Shown here: positions 44,548-58,836 of the stretch, one piece after another
Numbering within the stretch: position 1 is the stretch's first letter
Layout of the letters: each line of letters opens with the position of its first letter
Assembly: GCF_009914755.1 (NCBI RefSeq)
Contig: NC_060930.1
Source: the human T2T-CHM13v2.0 reference genome, Homo sapiens
Direction: 5' to 3' (one strand)
Length of the DNA stretch: 64,000 nucleotides
The notes under the pieces: generated by a model
Seen by the model: only the letters and a program-made list of their open reading frames with translations
Databases searched by the model: none
Told to the model about the DNA's origin: nothing
Made by a program: the position numbers and the translations under genes

Positions 44548-47500
44548 CACAAACATCTCCCCAGGAAATAGAACTAATATGCAGGTCTTTAAAAGTTCAG
44601 TTTATCAATGAGAAAAAGATAAACCAACTCACGAGATAAATGGGCAGAGTACAGGAGCAGTCACAGAAGAGGAGACACGGCTGGCCAGTAAGCACAAAGA
44701 GAAATGAAATGGTTTTGATTCCCTTACACATCTTAGCCCCCTTCCTCTGTCTACATGGCCCGTAAAAGCCACAGAACTGAACAGTTTTCCAGTTCCCTCA
44801 GTGAGCCTGCTTTGTGCAGTGGTATGTTACTGTCAGAAGGGATCCTCTTCGAAGCTGTGGTATTTGAGAATGACTGCTCCTCCCACCGCTTTTCTGAGGG
44901 TGTTAGCAGGAGTGCAACAGAGCCTTACTTCAAGGCCCCCAGCGGGCTGGCTGGAACCCTGCTTCAGCTCCTCCAAGCACGTGCGGCCAAGTTCTGGGAG
45001 CCACGTCGATGTGGGTTGATGGGTCCCCTGAGACGCCCTCTCTGCTCAGAACACAGCCAGTAAGCCATGGGCAGATCACAACAAACAGCACCCTGCCTTC
45101 TGCTCCGCCTCCCTCCATCTACCACACTGCCAAGTTCCTAAGAAGCTTAGGGGAGAAGGAACTGCTGTGGTGCTTAGAATGCAGTGTCTTGCCTGAAAGT
45201 ATTTTCTCAGTCTTTGAGAAAACAGTGGAACTGACTCATCTGGTCAGAGCTTTACAGAAATGTGATTGCAGATCTCTTGCAATTTCATTCTGCTTTAGTG
45301 TCAGAATTCATCCGACAACGTGCCAAAAAAAAAAAAAGTGTGTAAAATCACATACAGATTTAGATACTTCAAGAGGAAGTTATTTTTACCACAGTGGGGA
45401 AGAAACCAGAAAGTGCCGATTGGTGGAGAATGCCCGGCAGGGCTGAGGAAGGAGGGTGGGCACCTGAGCAACCTGGGCCTGGCCACACTCACCCCTGCAG
45501 CCTTGCCAGCCTGGCCCGGGGATTGTGGTGTGGTCACCTCTTAGCAGGTGGAGGGAGGAGTTCCTGTGTGGAAGATCTGCTTGAAGGAGGAAATGTTGAT
45601 ATAACCCCCGAGTGTGGAGCCAACTTCAGCAGTGCGGGGTTAACATGGGTTACTCTTGAAAATGTGTTGCGTGCTCTCCCAACAGTCCATAGAAGCAGCT
45701 CTCTAACAGCTGCATGGGACACAAAAGTAAAAATGGAGAAACGATTCCAGAAAACCACATAAATATAAAAACCAAATGGCGCAGTGTCTTTATTTTGTTT
45801 TGGCAGATAACAGGATTGAGGCCACCTTGTTTTCTTTGCTCATGCATTTCCCAACTCAAAAGGCTGTTCTTGTTTGCTTGTAGAGCAGAGATCCAAGGCC
45901 TGAGAGACCCTGAAATGTTTGTAGTTATATTCTTCATTCGTGCTGCGAGATAAAGAGTTTTCCCAGAAACTAAAGGGAGGGAACAGGAAATATTTGTTAA
46001 GATCCATAACCTCTGGCTTTTGTCTCCTCTTTTCACCTGGGCAAAGGATATCAGTGATAATATTTTGGGTCTCATAAGATGATGAATTGTTCAAATGTAT
46101 TTGGAGAATACTTTATTCAAGCATCTTTGTCTTTCTTTCCTATTCCTTGTGGCTGAAGAGAGGCATGTGCTTTTTATGCAAGGGTCTTGAAATGTATGCA
46201 GTTACCATGGTGGCACTCTGTCTCTGACCCAAACTCTGTCATAGAGTGTATGTTTAGCCATGTTTTCAGGGGTGCTTCCTAGCGTGGTCAGGAGAAACTG
46301 CTAGAGCTGAATTTGGTTGCTGGGCAGGCTTCTATCTTTTTTTTTTTTTTTTTAATAGATGCAGGGAGTATAAGTGCATGCTTTTTACATGGGTATATTG
46401 CATAATGGTGAGGTTTGGGTTCCTAGTGTACCCATTACCCAAATAGTGAACACTGTACACAAAAGGTAATTTTTCAATCATCAAGCCTTTTCTCCCTCCC
46501 TGCTTTTGAGAGTCCCCATTGTCTGTTATTTCCCTCTGTATGTCCATGTGTACCCATTGTTTAGCTCTCACTTCTAAGTGAGAATGTGTGGTATTTGAGT
46601 TTTTGTTTCTGAGTTACTTCACTTAGGACAATGGTCTTCAGCTCCATTCCTGTTGCTGCAAAAGACATCTGTATATAGACCACATTTTCTTTATCCAGTC
46701 ATCTGTTGATGGACAGTTAGTTTCATTCCCTGACTTTGCTGTTGTGAATAGTGCTATGATAAACATACAAGGGCAGGTGTTTATTTGATAGAATGATTCT
46801 TTTCCTTCCCGTAGATACCCAGTAGTGGGATTGCTGGGTCGAATGGTAGTTCGATTTTTAGTTCTTTGAGAAATCTCCATACTGTTTTCCACAGAGGTTG
46901 TACTAATTTACATTCCCACTAACAGTGTGTACATGTTCCCATTTCTCCCCATCCTTGCCAACATCTGTTGTTTTTTGACTTTTTAATACTAGTCATTCTG
47001 ACTGGTGTGAGATGGTATCTCATTGTGGTTTTAATTTGCATTTCTCTGATAATTAGTGATACTGAGCATTTTCTCCTTTGTATTTTTGTGGGCTGCTTGT
47101 ATATCTTCTTTTGAAAAATGTCTGTTCATGTCCTTTGCCCACTTTTTAATAGGGTTATTTGCTTTTTTCTTGTTGAGTTATTTGAGTTCCTTGTATAGAT
47201 TCTGGATATTAGTCCTTTGTGGGATGCATTTTTGCAAATATTTTCTCCCTTTCTGCAAGTTGTTTGTTTACTCTGTTGATTCTTTCTTTGCTGTACAGAA
47301 GCTCTTTAGTTTAATTAAGTCCCTTTTGTTTATTTTTGTTTTTGTTGCATTGCTTAGCCATATATTCTTTGCCCAGGCCAATGTTCAGAAGAGTTTTTCC
47401 TAGGTTTTCTTCTAGGATTCTTATAGTTTCAGGTTTTACCTTTAAGTCTTTAATTCATCTTGAGTTAACTTTTTATATGGTAAGAAAAGGGGTCCAGTTT

Positions 47501-48295
47501 CATTCTTCTGCATATGGCTGTCCAATTTTTCCAGCACCACTTATTGAATAGGGTATCCTTTCCCCATCGTATATTTTTGCCAACTTTGTTTATGATCAGT
47601 TGGTTGTAGGTAAGCGGCTTTATTTCTGGGTTCTCTACTATCTTCTATTGCTCTATATGTCTGTTTTTGTACCAGTACCATGCTGTTTTGGTTACTATAG
47701 TCTTGTAGTATAATTTGAATTCAGATAATGCTATCCCTCCAGCTTTGTTCTTTTTGCTTAGGATTGCTTTGACTATTCAGGGTCTTTTTGGTTCCATATG
47801 AATTTTAGGATTGTTTTTTCTAATTCTGTGAAAATGACATCGGTAATTTGATAGGAATTGCATGTAATCTATATGTTACTTTGGATAGTATGGGCATTTT
47901 AATGATATTGATTCTTCCAATCCACATGCTTGGGATGCTTTTCCATTTGTTTGTGTCATCTACAGTTTTTTTAATCAATGTTTTATAATTCTTGTAGAGA
48001 TTTTTCACCTCCTTGGTTAAATGCATTCCTAGGAGTTTTATTATTTTTTGTGGCTATTGTAAATGATATTGAGTTCTTGATTTGGCTCTCAGCTTGAACA
48101 TTATTGGTGTATAGAAATGCTGATTTTTGTACATTGATTTTGTGTCCTGAAACTTTACTGAAGTAATTTATCAAATCTAGAAGTCTTTTGGAGGAGTCTT
48201 TAGGGTTTTCTAGGTATAAGATCATGTCATCAGCCAACAGAGATAATTTGACTTCCTCTTTTCTAATTTGGATGCCTTTTATTTCTTTCTCTTGC

Positions 48296-49649
48296 TATCA
48301 GGGGAACCCACCCCCGATAATTCAACGTGGGTTCTTTTCTATTTCCTTAAGTGTCGGCCGGTCTGAGAAATAAAGGGAAAGAGTACAAAAGAGAGAAATT
48401 TTAAAGCTGGGTGTCCGGAGGAGACATCACATGTCGGCAGGTTCCATGATGCCCCCTGAGCTGTAAAACCAGCAAGTTTTTATTAGCAGTTTTCAAAGGG
48501 GAGGGAGTGCATGAATAGGGTGTGGGTCACAGAGATCACATGCTTCAAGGGCAACAAAAGGTCACAAGGCAGAAGGTCAGGGCGAAACTAGAATCACTAA
48601 TGAACTTCCATGTCCTGCTGTGCACACAATGTCAGGGTTCAAGAGCAGAGAACCGGTCTGACTAGAATTTGACAGGCTGGAATTTCCTAATCCTAGCAAG
48701 CCTGGGGGTGCTGCAGGAGACTAGGGTGTGTTTCATCCCTATCTATATCTGCATAAGGCAGACACTCCCAGGGCACCCATTTTAGAGGCCCCGCCCTAGG
48801 AATGCATTCTTTTCCCAACGCTGTTAATTATTAATATTCCTTACTGGGGAAAGAATTTAGCGGTATTTCTCTTACCCATTTTGGGTAATAAGAGAAAGGC
48901 AGCCAGACTTTAAGGTTATCTCCCTTGTTCCCTGAAAATCGCTGTTATCCTGTTCTTAAGGTGCCCAGATTTCATATTGTTCAAACACCACTTATTGTTT
49001 CAGCACCACTTATTGAATAGGGTATCCTTTCCCCATTGTATATTTTTGCCAACTTTGTTTACGATCAGTTGGTTGTAGGTATGTGGCTTTATTTCTGGGT
49101 TCTCTACTGTCTTCTATTGCTCTATATGTCTGTTTTTGTACCAGTACCATGCTGTTTTGGTTACTATCATCTTGTAGTATAATTTGAATTCAGATAATGC
49201 TATCCCTCCAGCTTTGTTCTTTTTGCTTAGGATTGCTTTGACTATTCAGGGTCTTTTTGGTTCCATATAAATTTTAGGATTGTTTTTTCTAATTCTGTGA
49301 AAAATGACATCGGTAATTTTCAAACACACATGCTCTACAAACAATTTGTGTAGTTAATACAATCGTCACAGGGTCCTGAGGTGACATACATCCTCAGCTT
49401 ACGAAGATGATGGGATTAAGAGATTAAAGTAAAGACAGGCATAGGAAATCATGAGAGTATTGATTGGGGAAGTGATAAATGTCCATGAAATCTTCACAAT
49501 TTATGTTCAGAGATTGTAGTAAAGACAGGCATAAGAAATTATAAAAGTATTAATTTGGGGAACTAATACATGTCCATGAAATCTTCACAATTTATGTTCT
49601 TCTGCCTTCAGCCTGTCCCTCCGTTCGGGGTCCCTGACTTCCTGCAGCA
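48296..49649 (-). mobile_element. MER11 (MER11A-like) ERVK solo LTR
   Basis: The reverse complement begins 'tgctgcaggaagtcagggaccccgaacggagggac', with the tandem 'aacataaattgtgaagatttcatggaca' repeats typical of MER11. Perfect 6-bp TSD tcttgc. Confidence 0.93.
49001..49319 (+). repeat. Local direct duplication of 47532-47849 inserted in MER11
   Basis: By eye, about 8 substitutions and 1 indel over 318 bp. Flanked by a ttcaaacac duplication. Confidence 0.95.
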
Positions 49650-50138
49650 TCTTGCCTAATTGCTCTGGCTAGGACTTCTACTATTATGTTGAATAGTGTA
49701 GTGGGAGTTGGCATTCTTGTCTTGTTCCAGTTCATAGGGGAAGTTCTTTTAAATTTTCTCCATTCAGTATGATGTTGGCTGTGGGTTTGTCCTATATGGC
49801 TTTTATTATTTTGAGGTATGTTCCTTTGATGCCTAGTTTGTTGAGGGCTTTTATCATGAAAAGATGTTAGATTTTATGGAATGCTTTTTCTGCAGCTGTT
49901 GAGATGATCGTATGGTTTTGGTTAGGCTTATATCTTCATACTTCATTTGTTTTATGGCATAATGCGTTTCTGTGCCAAAATATAGCCTCTCTTCCCCAGA
50001 TTTTTTCCCTGTCACCTTGTCAGAATGATAGTTGACTTTGTTAATTGCAGAGTAAGTCTTGCTCACAAGGCTTATTCTTCATTGAAGTCTCACATCAATG
50101 AGCCTTAAAGGATCAGAGACACATGTTCTCCTATCACT

Positions 50139-50204
50139 CTCACCCACTCACCCACTTGCTCTCACCCACTCACCCACTTGCTCTCACCCACGCACCCACT
50201 TGCC
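50139..50204 (+). repeat. 22-bp tandem repeat x3 (ctcacccactcacccacttgct)
   Basis: Three consecutive near-identical units. Confidence 0.9.
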
Positions 50205-50769
50205 CTCCTTTATATTTAGCTTGGCAGTCTTCCTCTGTTTTCTTTTCCATCTAGACAGGTTCATTCCTTCAACAAATGCTCATCAAGCACCAGTTATATG
50301 CTGAGTGCTAAGATAATCACCGTATTCATGGGGCTGTGTTGTACCTGGAGGGACAGAGAAGGACTTAAGATCCCGTATGAGGTGTGTTGAACAGGGGGAG
50401 TTAAAAGAGGTAGTAGAGGCAGTGATTGGTCATGCCTGGATATGGTTAGACTGATTATCTCTTTCCTAAAGGCCCTGTTGATGCTAGTAGATCAGGAGGT
50501 ACTCAAGACTGGCTGCATGATAGAATAACCTGGAGAACTTTGGAGAATACAGATATGTGTTCATTTGGTCAAGGGTGTATGTGTTAAAAGCTCCATGGGT
50601 AATTCTAATATGCAACCAAAGTAAAGAACCACTGTAGCAGATACAGGGTCGGAGAGTTTTGTTTGTGCAGTAAATCCTCTTACAGTACTATTTAGGGATG
50701 CTTTATCTTAATCTATAATCTTTATTTGTCTATGACTTATAACACTTTAGCTTACAGCTTCTCTACTCT

Positions 50770-50932
50770 GGCATCTCTCAAACTTTAATGTGCATGCAAA
50801 TCACTCGAGGATTTGTTAAGCTATAGATCCTGATGTAGCAGGTCTGGAACTGGGCTTGAGATTCTGCATTTCCAGCAAGCACCCAGGTGTAGCTGAGGTT
50901 GCAGTTGGAGGGCCACATTTTGAGTAGCAAGG
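50770..50932. mobile_element. MER5A-family MITE (another MER5-like copy at ~50490-50634)
   Basis: 'tctcaaactttaatgtgcat...gagattctgcatttcc...ccacattttgagtagcaagg'. Confidence 0.75.
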
Positions 50933-51469
50933 GTCTATACCATAGCATTTCTGGGAAATAATGAATACCTGTAAACAACAAATATGTCAGGGTTCAGCTT
51001 AGCTCATTAAAGATCTGTGCTATTAAGCATTTCATAGATATCTTTTAAACTGAATTTTCATTCACCAGTTTGATTGTTCCAATTTAAGAACATTAAGTAT
51101 TTCTTAAGTGAGAATCACACCCTTGTATGATTTCAAGTTTAAAATGGCTGTTTTTATTTATCTTTGGAAACTATAGTATTAAAATATAGGCTATTTGGAG
51201 TTTTGTGAACATACAGATTTTGACCTAATGTCAAGTTTGTTAATAAGCATTGAGAGCAAACCAACTGGTCTTAGAGATGAAGTTTCTTCAAATAGTTGTT
51301 GCAGATTCGGTACCGTTTTACCGTTTGACTGTTAGGCATACTATCAAAATTCATTACCAAAGTTTCCTGACATACAAATATTCTAGGTAAAGTTTTTTTT
51401 TTATAGCCAGAGAAAATAATTGGATGCACATAGAGTGAATAATTAGAATGACTCTGTGTAATTATTTAA

Positions 51470-52440
51470 AAACACAATTTTAAGAATTAATTAAAACTGT
51501 TAATACATGCTCATTGTAAAATACTGGGATACAGGAAAAAAGCACAAAGAAAATAAAACACACATTAATTTCTTTGTTCACAACTGCTTTGGTTACATGC
51601 TTCCTCCACTCTGTAGTATCATAGATATCGTTTCACATCTTTATATATTTTTTTACAACATTGGTTTTCATGGTGGCAGAGTGGCCTGTGAATATACTAT
51701 TAATTCCTATAAGAAGGCTTTTTTGATATTTGGCCCATTTCTAGTTTTTTTTGTGGTTGTAGGTAAGGTTGTGATGAACATTATTAAATTGTTGCAGACT
51801 TCCCTATTGCCTTGGGATAAATTCCTAGACTTGGAATTGCTGGTTAAATGTATACCAATTTTTAAACTGATTTTACAAACCGGCACATTGATATGGCTTT
51901 GTATATTTCACTAGGAGTCTATTACCTGTTTTGCCTATACCCTTAAAAACACTGGATGCAATCTTTTAAAAATCCTTTACTCATTTGATTGGTGAAAATG
52001 ATACTCTTATTCTTTAATTTGCATTTGTTTCAATATTAGTGAAAGTGAACCAGTTTATGCTTGTAAGACATGGGTCTTCTTTTGGGAATTGCAGTTTTAA
52101 ATTTCTTTTGCAATTTTTCTCTATAGATGTGTTCCTCTTTCTCTTATCAATTCTAAGAGTTCTTTAGAGATGAAGGATATTAACCCTTTGACATACATGC
52201 AAGTAATAATTTCCTGGCTTTTTATTTGTCCTTTTGTTCTAAAAGTCAGTTTCTTTTATTTTTCCTGTGCATTAATTACATTTTCCCATTTATTATTCTT
52301 TTCTTTGCTTTTAGGCTTAGAAAAGACTTATATCCCATCAGATACAAATTCTCTATATTTTCTTCTCATTCTATTGTTATTTCACTTTTTCATTTACTTT
52401 TTAAATCCCATTGGCATTTATTTTGGTGTAAAGTAAATTA
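51470..52440 (-). mobile_element. Very old L1 (L1ME/L1MC-type) fragment
   Basis: T-rich strand with degenerate reverse L1 3' motifs ('gtgatgaaca', 'ggaattgctgg', 'ttaatttgcattt', 'gatattaaccctttg'). Confidence 0.65.
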
Positions 52441-53219
52441 ACTCAATGATACTGCATGTCTGTCTGGAAACAAAGTCGTCATTTTGAATGATATCCTTCT
52501 TTAACAGTAAATGAATTTTTAAAACATTAAAATGAATTGATTTGAGTTGAAAGCTTTTTAGAGGACTTTTGAAAGCCCTGTTTGTTGTTTGATCCTAAAT
52601 TTTGGCAGTGGGAGTGCTTCTGAGGCCATCTGGTCCCTCTTCGCGATACTAGAACCTGTGCTTGGGCCTCTCCCTTCTGCTGCCTCTCTCAGCTATGATT
52701 CTCAGCACAGGTCCACAGATGCCCTTGTTCCTGGAGAGAACTTTTGTCCCCACATCTGTGGAACCTGTAGTTGCTAGCTCTCAGGCCAGGCAGACATGGC
52801 CACTGTCCTCCCTGGACCTCTGTTGGCCTGGATTGCCCATGTGCAGGATTGGGTAACTGTATGGATCTCAGCCTCCTGGATTCCTACTGGGTCTTGAGCA
52901 AAAAACACAACCCCTGGACAGCTGCATGCAGCCTTGCACATACACCCTTTGGGTGAGCTCCTCAACAACAGCCTGGCTGTCTGTTTGGGGTATCTCAGGA
53001 ACACAGACAGCACTCATTTGAACACTATTTGTATAAGCAGCTAGATGGTGATCATTTGTTTAGTTCCTGTGAATTGTGGTCCTTTTTAATGTCTACAAAA
53101 TTCAAGGCACCACAGACATTTAAAGGCCAACAAGATGGACCAGTAGAGGTATATTTTCTGTTTAGGAAATTACATTTTCTTCTGTGAATTTGCCTTTAAC
53201 GGGATGTTTCATATCACAA

Positions 53220-53340
53220 GAGGCAGTGTAGTGTTAACAAAACATTGGGCTTCAAATCAGAAGTCTTCTGTTTGTGTCCTGGCATTGCCACCGTGCAGCT
53301 GTGTGACCTTGGGTAATTCACTTAACCTCTCTGAGTCTCT
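53220..53340 (+). mobile_element. MIR SINE
   Basis: 'gctgtgtgaccttgggtaattcacttaacctctctgagtctc' MIR core. Confidence 0.8.
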
Positions 53341-53546
53341 GTTGGAACTTTAGAGGGACTCTTTCTGTTCTATAACACCACCATCAAATTATAAAGAGAC
53401 TGCTGTGTGGTATTCTCCAGCCTAGAATACTGTGGAAATTTGCATTTGTAATACCTGTTAATACACATACATGTCTTCAGTTTAGTCAGTCATTCAGAAG
53501 CCTGAGCACAGCAGGTGGCAGATGGGAGTATAGGAATGTAGGAGCC

Positions 53547-53552
<6 letters not shown>

Positions 53553-53584
<32 letters not shown>
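53553..53584 (+). repeat. (TG)n microsatellite
   Basis: About 16 TG units. Confidence 0.95.
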
Positions 53585-53586
<2 letters not shown>

Positions 53587-53899
53587 GTCTTCAAACAAAC
53601 TCATAAAAATTCTGCCGCTAGGCATTCACAAACAGTGGTTGTTTGTTGTATAGATCCCTACTCTTTCTGTCACTTTTTTTTTTTTATAGGAAAAGACCTT
53701 CTAAGATTATGTAAATTACATTTTCGTTTACTGGCTATTTTTATGCATTTCCTGTTCTTTCAAAGGACTAGATAAAAATTTTCTGTATGTCCTAAGATCT
53801 CTGACTGCCTCACTTTAAATTGTAAAGAACGATTAAGAGTTCTAAAACATTGACCCTGCGATCATTGGATAAGATTTTAATTTTTTCAAGATTAAAAAA

Positions 53900-54360
53900 A
53901 TTGAGTGTGCTAATGACATAAAGGTTCTTGCAAGAGCTGCTAGTCTAGCCTCTGATACAGATGTGTATAAATTCATCATCTTCGTGCAGACATTATTGGT
54001 AATAGAGATTTGCCCACATAACATGGGGAGCACAGAGGAGAAGAGAGAAGGAGAGGGATTCAGGGAAAAGGTGACACTTGAGCTGGGCATTGAAGCATAA
54101 ATAGGCATTTTCTATGTAAAGATGTGGGAAAAGGGCATTCTAGATTCTAGAAAGAAGAGCACGTGCAAAGGCAAGCCACTGGGCAAAATTGTGGCATTTT
54201 TGGGCACACGAAGCAGTACAGAGTGGCTGGCCAGAAACCATGGTAGGGGAAGGGAAGAGGGTTGCTGCAAGGTAGGCGCCTACAGTAAAAGGAACTTGTA
54301 CGTTACACTAACTGGTATGCAATGAGAAGCCACCGAACATTTTTAGACCACAGAGTGAGA
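53900..54360 (-). mobile_element. L2 fragment
   Basis: 'ggtgacacttgagctgggcattgaag...gggcattctag...agcacgtgcaaaggc' reverse L2-like. Confidence 0.65.
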
Positions 54361-56227
54361 GCAGATTTCTTATTCACAAACTCAACTCTATAAACAGAAA
54401 GGAAGAGCTGAAGCCATGAGAGAGCCTAGGGCAGGCGTCTGATACAGTCCTCATATTTGAACAGTGCTTTACAGTTTATAAAGTACTTGCACCTTTGTTG
54501 TCACGTGCACCTCTTCCCTCTCCTGAGTGGTGGGTGTTAAGCTTCCTCTGCAGACAAGGAGCCTGAATTCAGAGACATGAATGGCCCTGGGTTGCTCAGC
54601 TGGTGCAGCGGGCAGAGGGAGAGGTCAACATGTCACCGAGGTCCTTTGCCTTTTCGCCTCATGCCACAGGGAAGCATATTTCAGCAAAATACTGAAATAT
54701 TTTTCCAACTTTTTAAATGAGATTTGACTTTCAAAGTAACTTTAATCTTGATTAAAAAAAAAAGTTTGACAAGACAAACAACTTTTATCCTGCAGGTATT
54801 GATTTAGTAGAACAGAGTGATGTCACTGTGCCTTGTTGCTGACATTTTCCTGTTATGATAGCCTTCTACAAGCTGATGGTTTGTTTTTTCTGATTAGCTA
54901 AAATGGAAAGAAAAATCTCCAGTGTGCTTTTATTAGGATAGGATATAACATATCTTAATTTATGTTTCAGTTATTTCAATAACTTTGATCATACCATTTT
55001 GTCATAGATTAAGTTGGCATTGAGGCTGTAATTTCTTGCTGTTTGGAAATGACTCTTTATTGAGTAAGGCAGATTTATTTTCTTTGTGCCATTATTGAAG
55101 ATTATAGAAGTGGCTCTGCTTCCATTTTACCTAAAGTCGCATAGGCTGTGGCTGTTGAGCTTGCATTCTGAGCGTAGCTTTTTGTAGAGCTGTTCAGCCT
55201 TCCAACGCTTGTTGGATGACATCCAGCCCCACCCTGTTCTGCCACCTGCTCTGGAGAGGTCTAAAGCAAAATGTTCCAGTCATTTTTGTTTCTAAACCAG
55301 AAGCAAGTTTCTACATCTTTAATTTTGTTAAAATATAGTTGGAAGAGAGTAAGTCTAGGTCACAGAAAATTGAACTGTGCTGAGATGGAGTGGGTAGGTG
55401 GATAGTCCTTTAGATAATGAGTCGACTATTAGAATTTAAAGGCATCTTTCTAGAGAAGAGATGAAGAAGAAAACAGCTCTAACAGGTGCTCCATGCCCCA
55501 ACTGAGCCTGTCTGAACTTACACATGGTCTAGAATTTATTGGATGATATATGTTTACTAAGGTAATTATAACATGTACCTGAAATGAGAGAGTTTTTGCA
55601 GGTAACTACTAAATTTGTAGCTGAATTTTCTGGAGGTCAAAGCAAAAAGGGAGTGAAATGTATCATATGTTACCATTGTCCAGTCTAAGGTGCACACTAG
55701 CTCATTGGGAAAGGGTGGCCTCTGTCTTCCTACCTCCCCCAAAAGGAGATATCTATTCGATCTTAGAGAATCATAGGGACAATACCTCCTTCAATATTTT
55801 TTTTTCCCCAGAAATGGGGACATGTTCTTCATGAGGCTGCACTATACATTGGCTGTTTATAAAAGTGAAAGCATAATATCAAACCACAGCTCAGTGGTGG
55901 TATTTCCCTGGGGAGCTGAACCTTTACAGTTTAGGTGTCCTACTTTTCATTGGTTTTATGTGTTTAGAAAGGAGAGAGAATAGAATATTGAGTTTGTGCC
56001 TGGTGGTTTCTCTTTATCGGTTTCTGCAGCCTTATTTTTGGCAGGAACAGGATAGCAGTCAGTTGAAGGATGCTATGTGCCCAAGGTATAACAAATCAGT
56101 GTGAATCGCACTGGGTGGGTGATTAAGGAGCCAGGCGATGTGCTGGTTCCTTCTTCCCTCTTACTGAGCAGCCTGCTTGGGGTTGGCTGGGCCTGGTGGA
56201 GAACTTACCTTGGGTGGGCCCTTCTGA

Positions 56228-56524
<297 letters not shown>

Positions 56525-56979
56525 CCTTCTGAGCTTTCAGTGTTACTCCCCATCCCTAAGACATGAGATCTGGGCCAGAATCTTTCTCAGAGGGGGAAAT
56601 TCCAAATGAACATATTTTGAATGTCTTAAAACCTTATCTGTTAGAGGAACTTTTAAGAAAAGATCAAACATACTTCCAATTTTACAATAGTTGTCAATTA
56701 GAGGATGGAATTGATTTTACTATTTTTCAACAACTTTATTAACATTTTTTTGCGAACCTCTTTTTCCAATTCAGCAAACTTTTGCAAGTCTTGACATATT
56801 CTTATTCTAGGCATTGGTGGGTACGTGATCTCACAAAATTGTTTAAGGAATTTTAAAAAAAATTATAGAAAATAGGATCTATGTTGAAAGAATTATAAAG
56901 TGCATTACAATTTGAGACTTAAATTTCCATATCTTTTAATTTTACCTAAATTTATATGAATTTTAAAATGGTGATTGTT

Positions 56980-57331
<352 letters not shown>

Positions 57332-58538
57332 TTATTTTTCAAGTATAAATGAGGTAAATGCAAATCCCAGAAGACTGTTTTCTATGCACACACAAAACTA
57401 CATTTCTTTTAGTACACAGGGAAAGGTAAATATTCAAATTCTTTCCGTTGGGTGACATTTTGTTCACATATTTTTGTAGGGCATCCATACTTTTGTTTTA
57501 CACTGAACAAAAGGACAGTGTGAGGGACAGATGTCAGAGTGAAGGTGTGAATTTGCACCAAATGCCAGGTTTAGGGCTCAGAATAGCATTTTTTTGTACG
57601 TGGGGCGCCATGAACGCAAAGACTTCCAGCGGGATGGGCGTTGAGCAGGGATTGTCTAAGAGGAATCAAATTGCCAAATGTCTGCTGCCAGATTATTCTT
57701 CCCTAAAATTGATCTCCCTGAGAACTTGTCTTGCGGCCCAATTCCCACCAGCTTCCCTCTGTCCTCCCCGACTTTATAAAGAAGCTTATCTGACTCTATG
57801 CTGGTGTCAAACACCTCCAGGTACCAAAGGAAGAATTCAAAATCCTGGCATGGAGAAAGTGAATGACTAGTGACTACAGCAAACCCTTTTGCAGGTCACG
57901 TGGCTCCTATTCTTGGCTTTCAACCAAAGTGAAGGAGGATCTAATCTAGTTATCCCCTCAGGTAGATCACCAACAGATCACTATGGGATTTAGAAAGATG
58001 TTAAAGAAGCGTGTGACACGGCTATAACTAAACACTCTCCATTCCTGTCTGTTAAAGCGAACAAGGTTATTTTATATATATATATATATATAAAAATATA
58101 ATGAATAAATAGGAATAAAATTGAAATCAGTGAAATTTACTTATAGACAAGGCCCTATTCACTGTATTTATGATCAAATTCCACTTTTGATTTTAATTAT
58201 TTGTGAAATGTGTAAAATCTTTATATTGTTTTGATCAACTGTGAAACAAAGGTAATCTTAATAATAACTCAAATTCAGGATATATAGTTTAAACTTTTAA
58301 AGCATTATGGTCACAAGAATATTTTTTAAATGAATTTTACTTTACCTACATAGTTTTGTCATGTAGAAATAGAACAGAGAGATCAATACAGTAATTTCAA
58401 GCGTGAAGTATAATCTGTTAGAACAAAAATCTGTGGGGGGAATGGAATGAAAATACAAGCTGAAAAATTTGTTACTCAGACTTTCTTTTCAGCATTTTTT
58501 AGAGGATTTGTGAATTTCAGAGAAAAATGAGTGCATGA

Positions 58539-58836
<298 letters not shown>

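Larger units (their letters stand above)
46337..49923 (-). mobile_element. 5'-truncated L1 (L1PB/late-L1PA-like), split by MER11
   Basis: Poly(T), reverse L1 3' UTR and ORF2 remnants (ORF-track '[23 protein letters not shown]'). TSD aggcttctatctt (46326) / aggcttatatctt (49924). Confidence 0.93.

Noticed and set aside
46638-48237. ORFs resembling reverse transcriptase / ORF2p C-terminus
   Set aside because: Fragmented remnants of a 5'-truncated, interrupted L1; not an intact gene.
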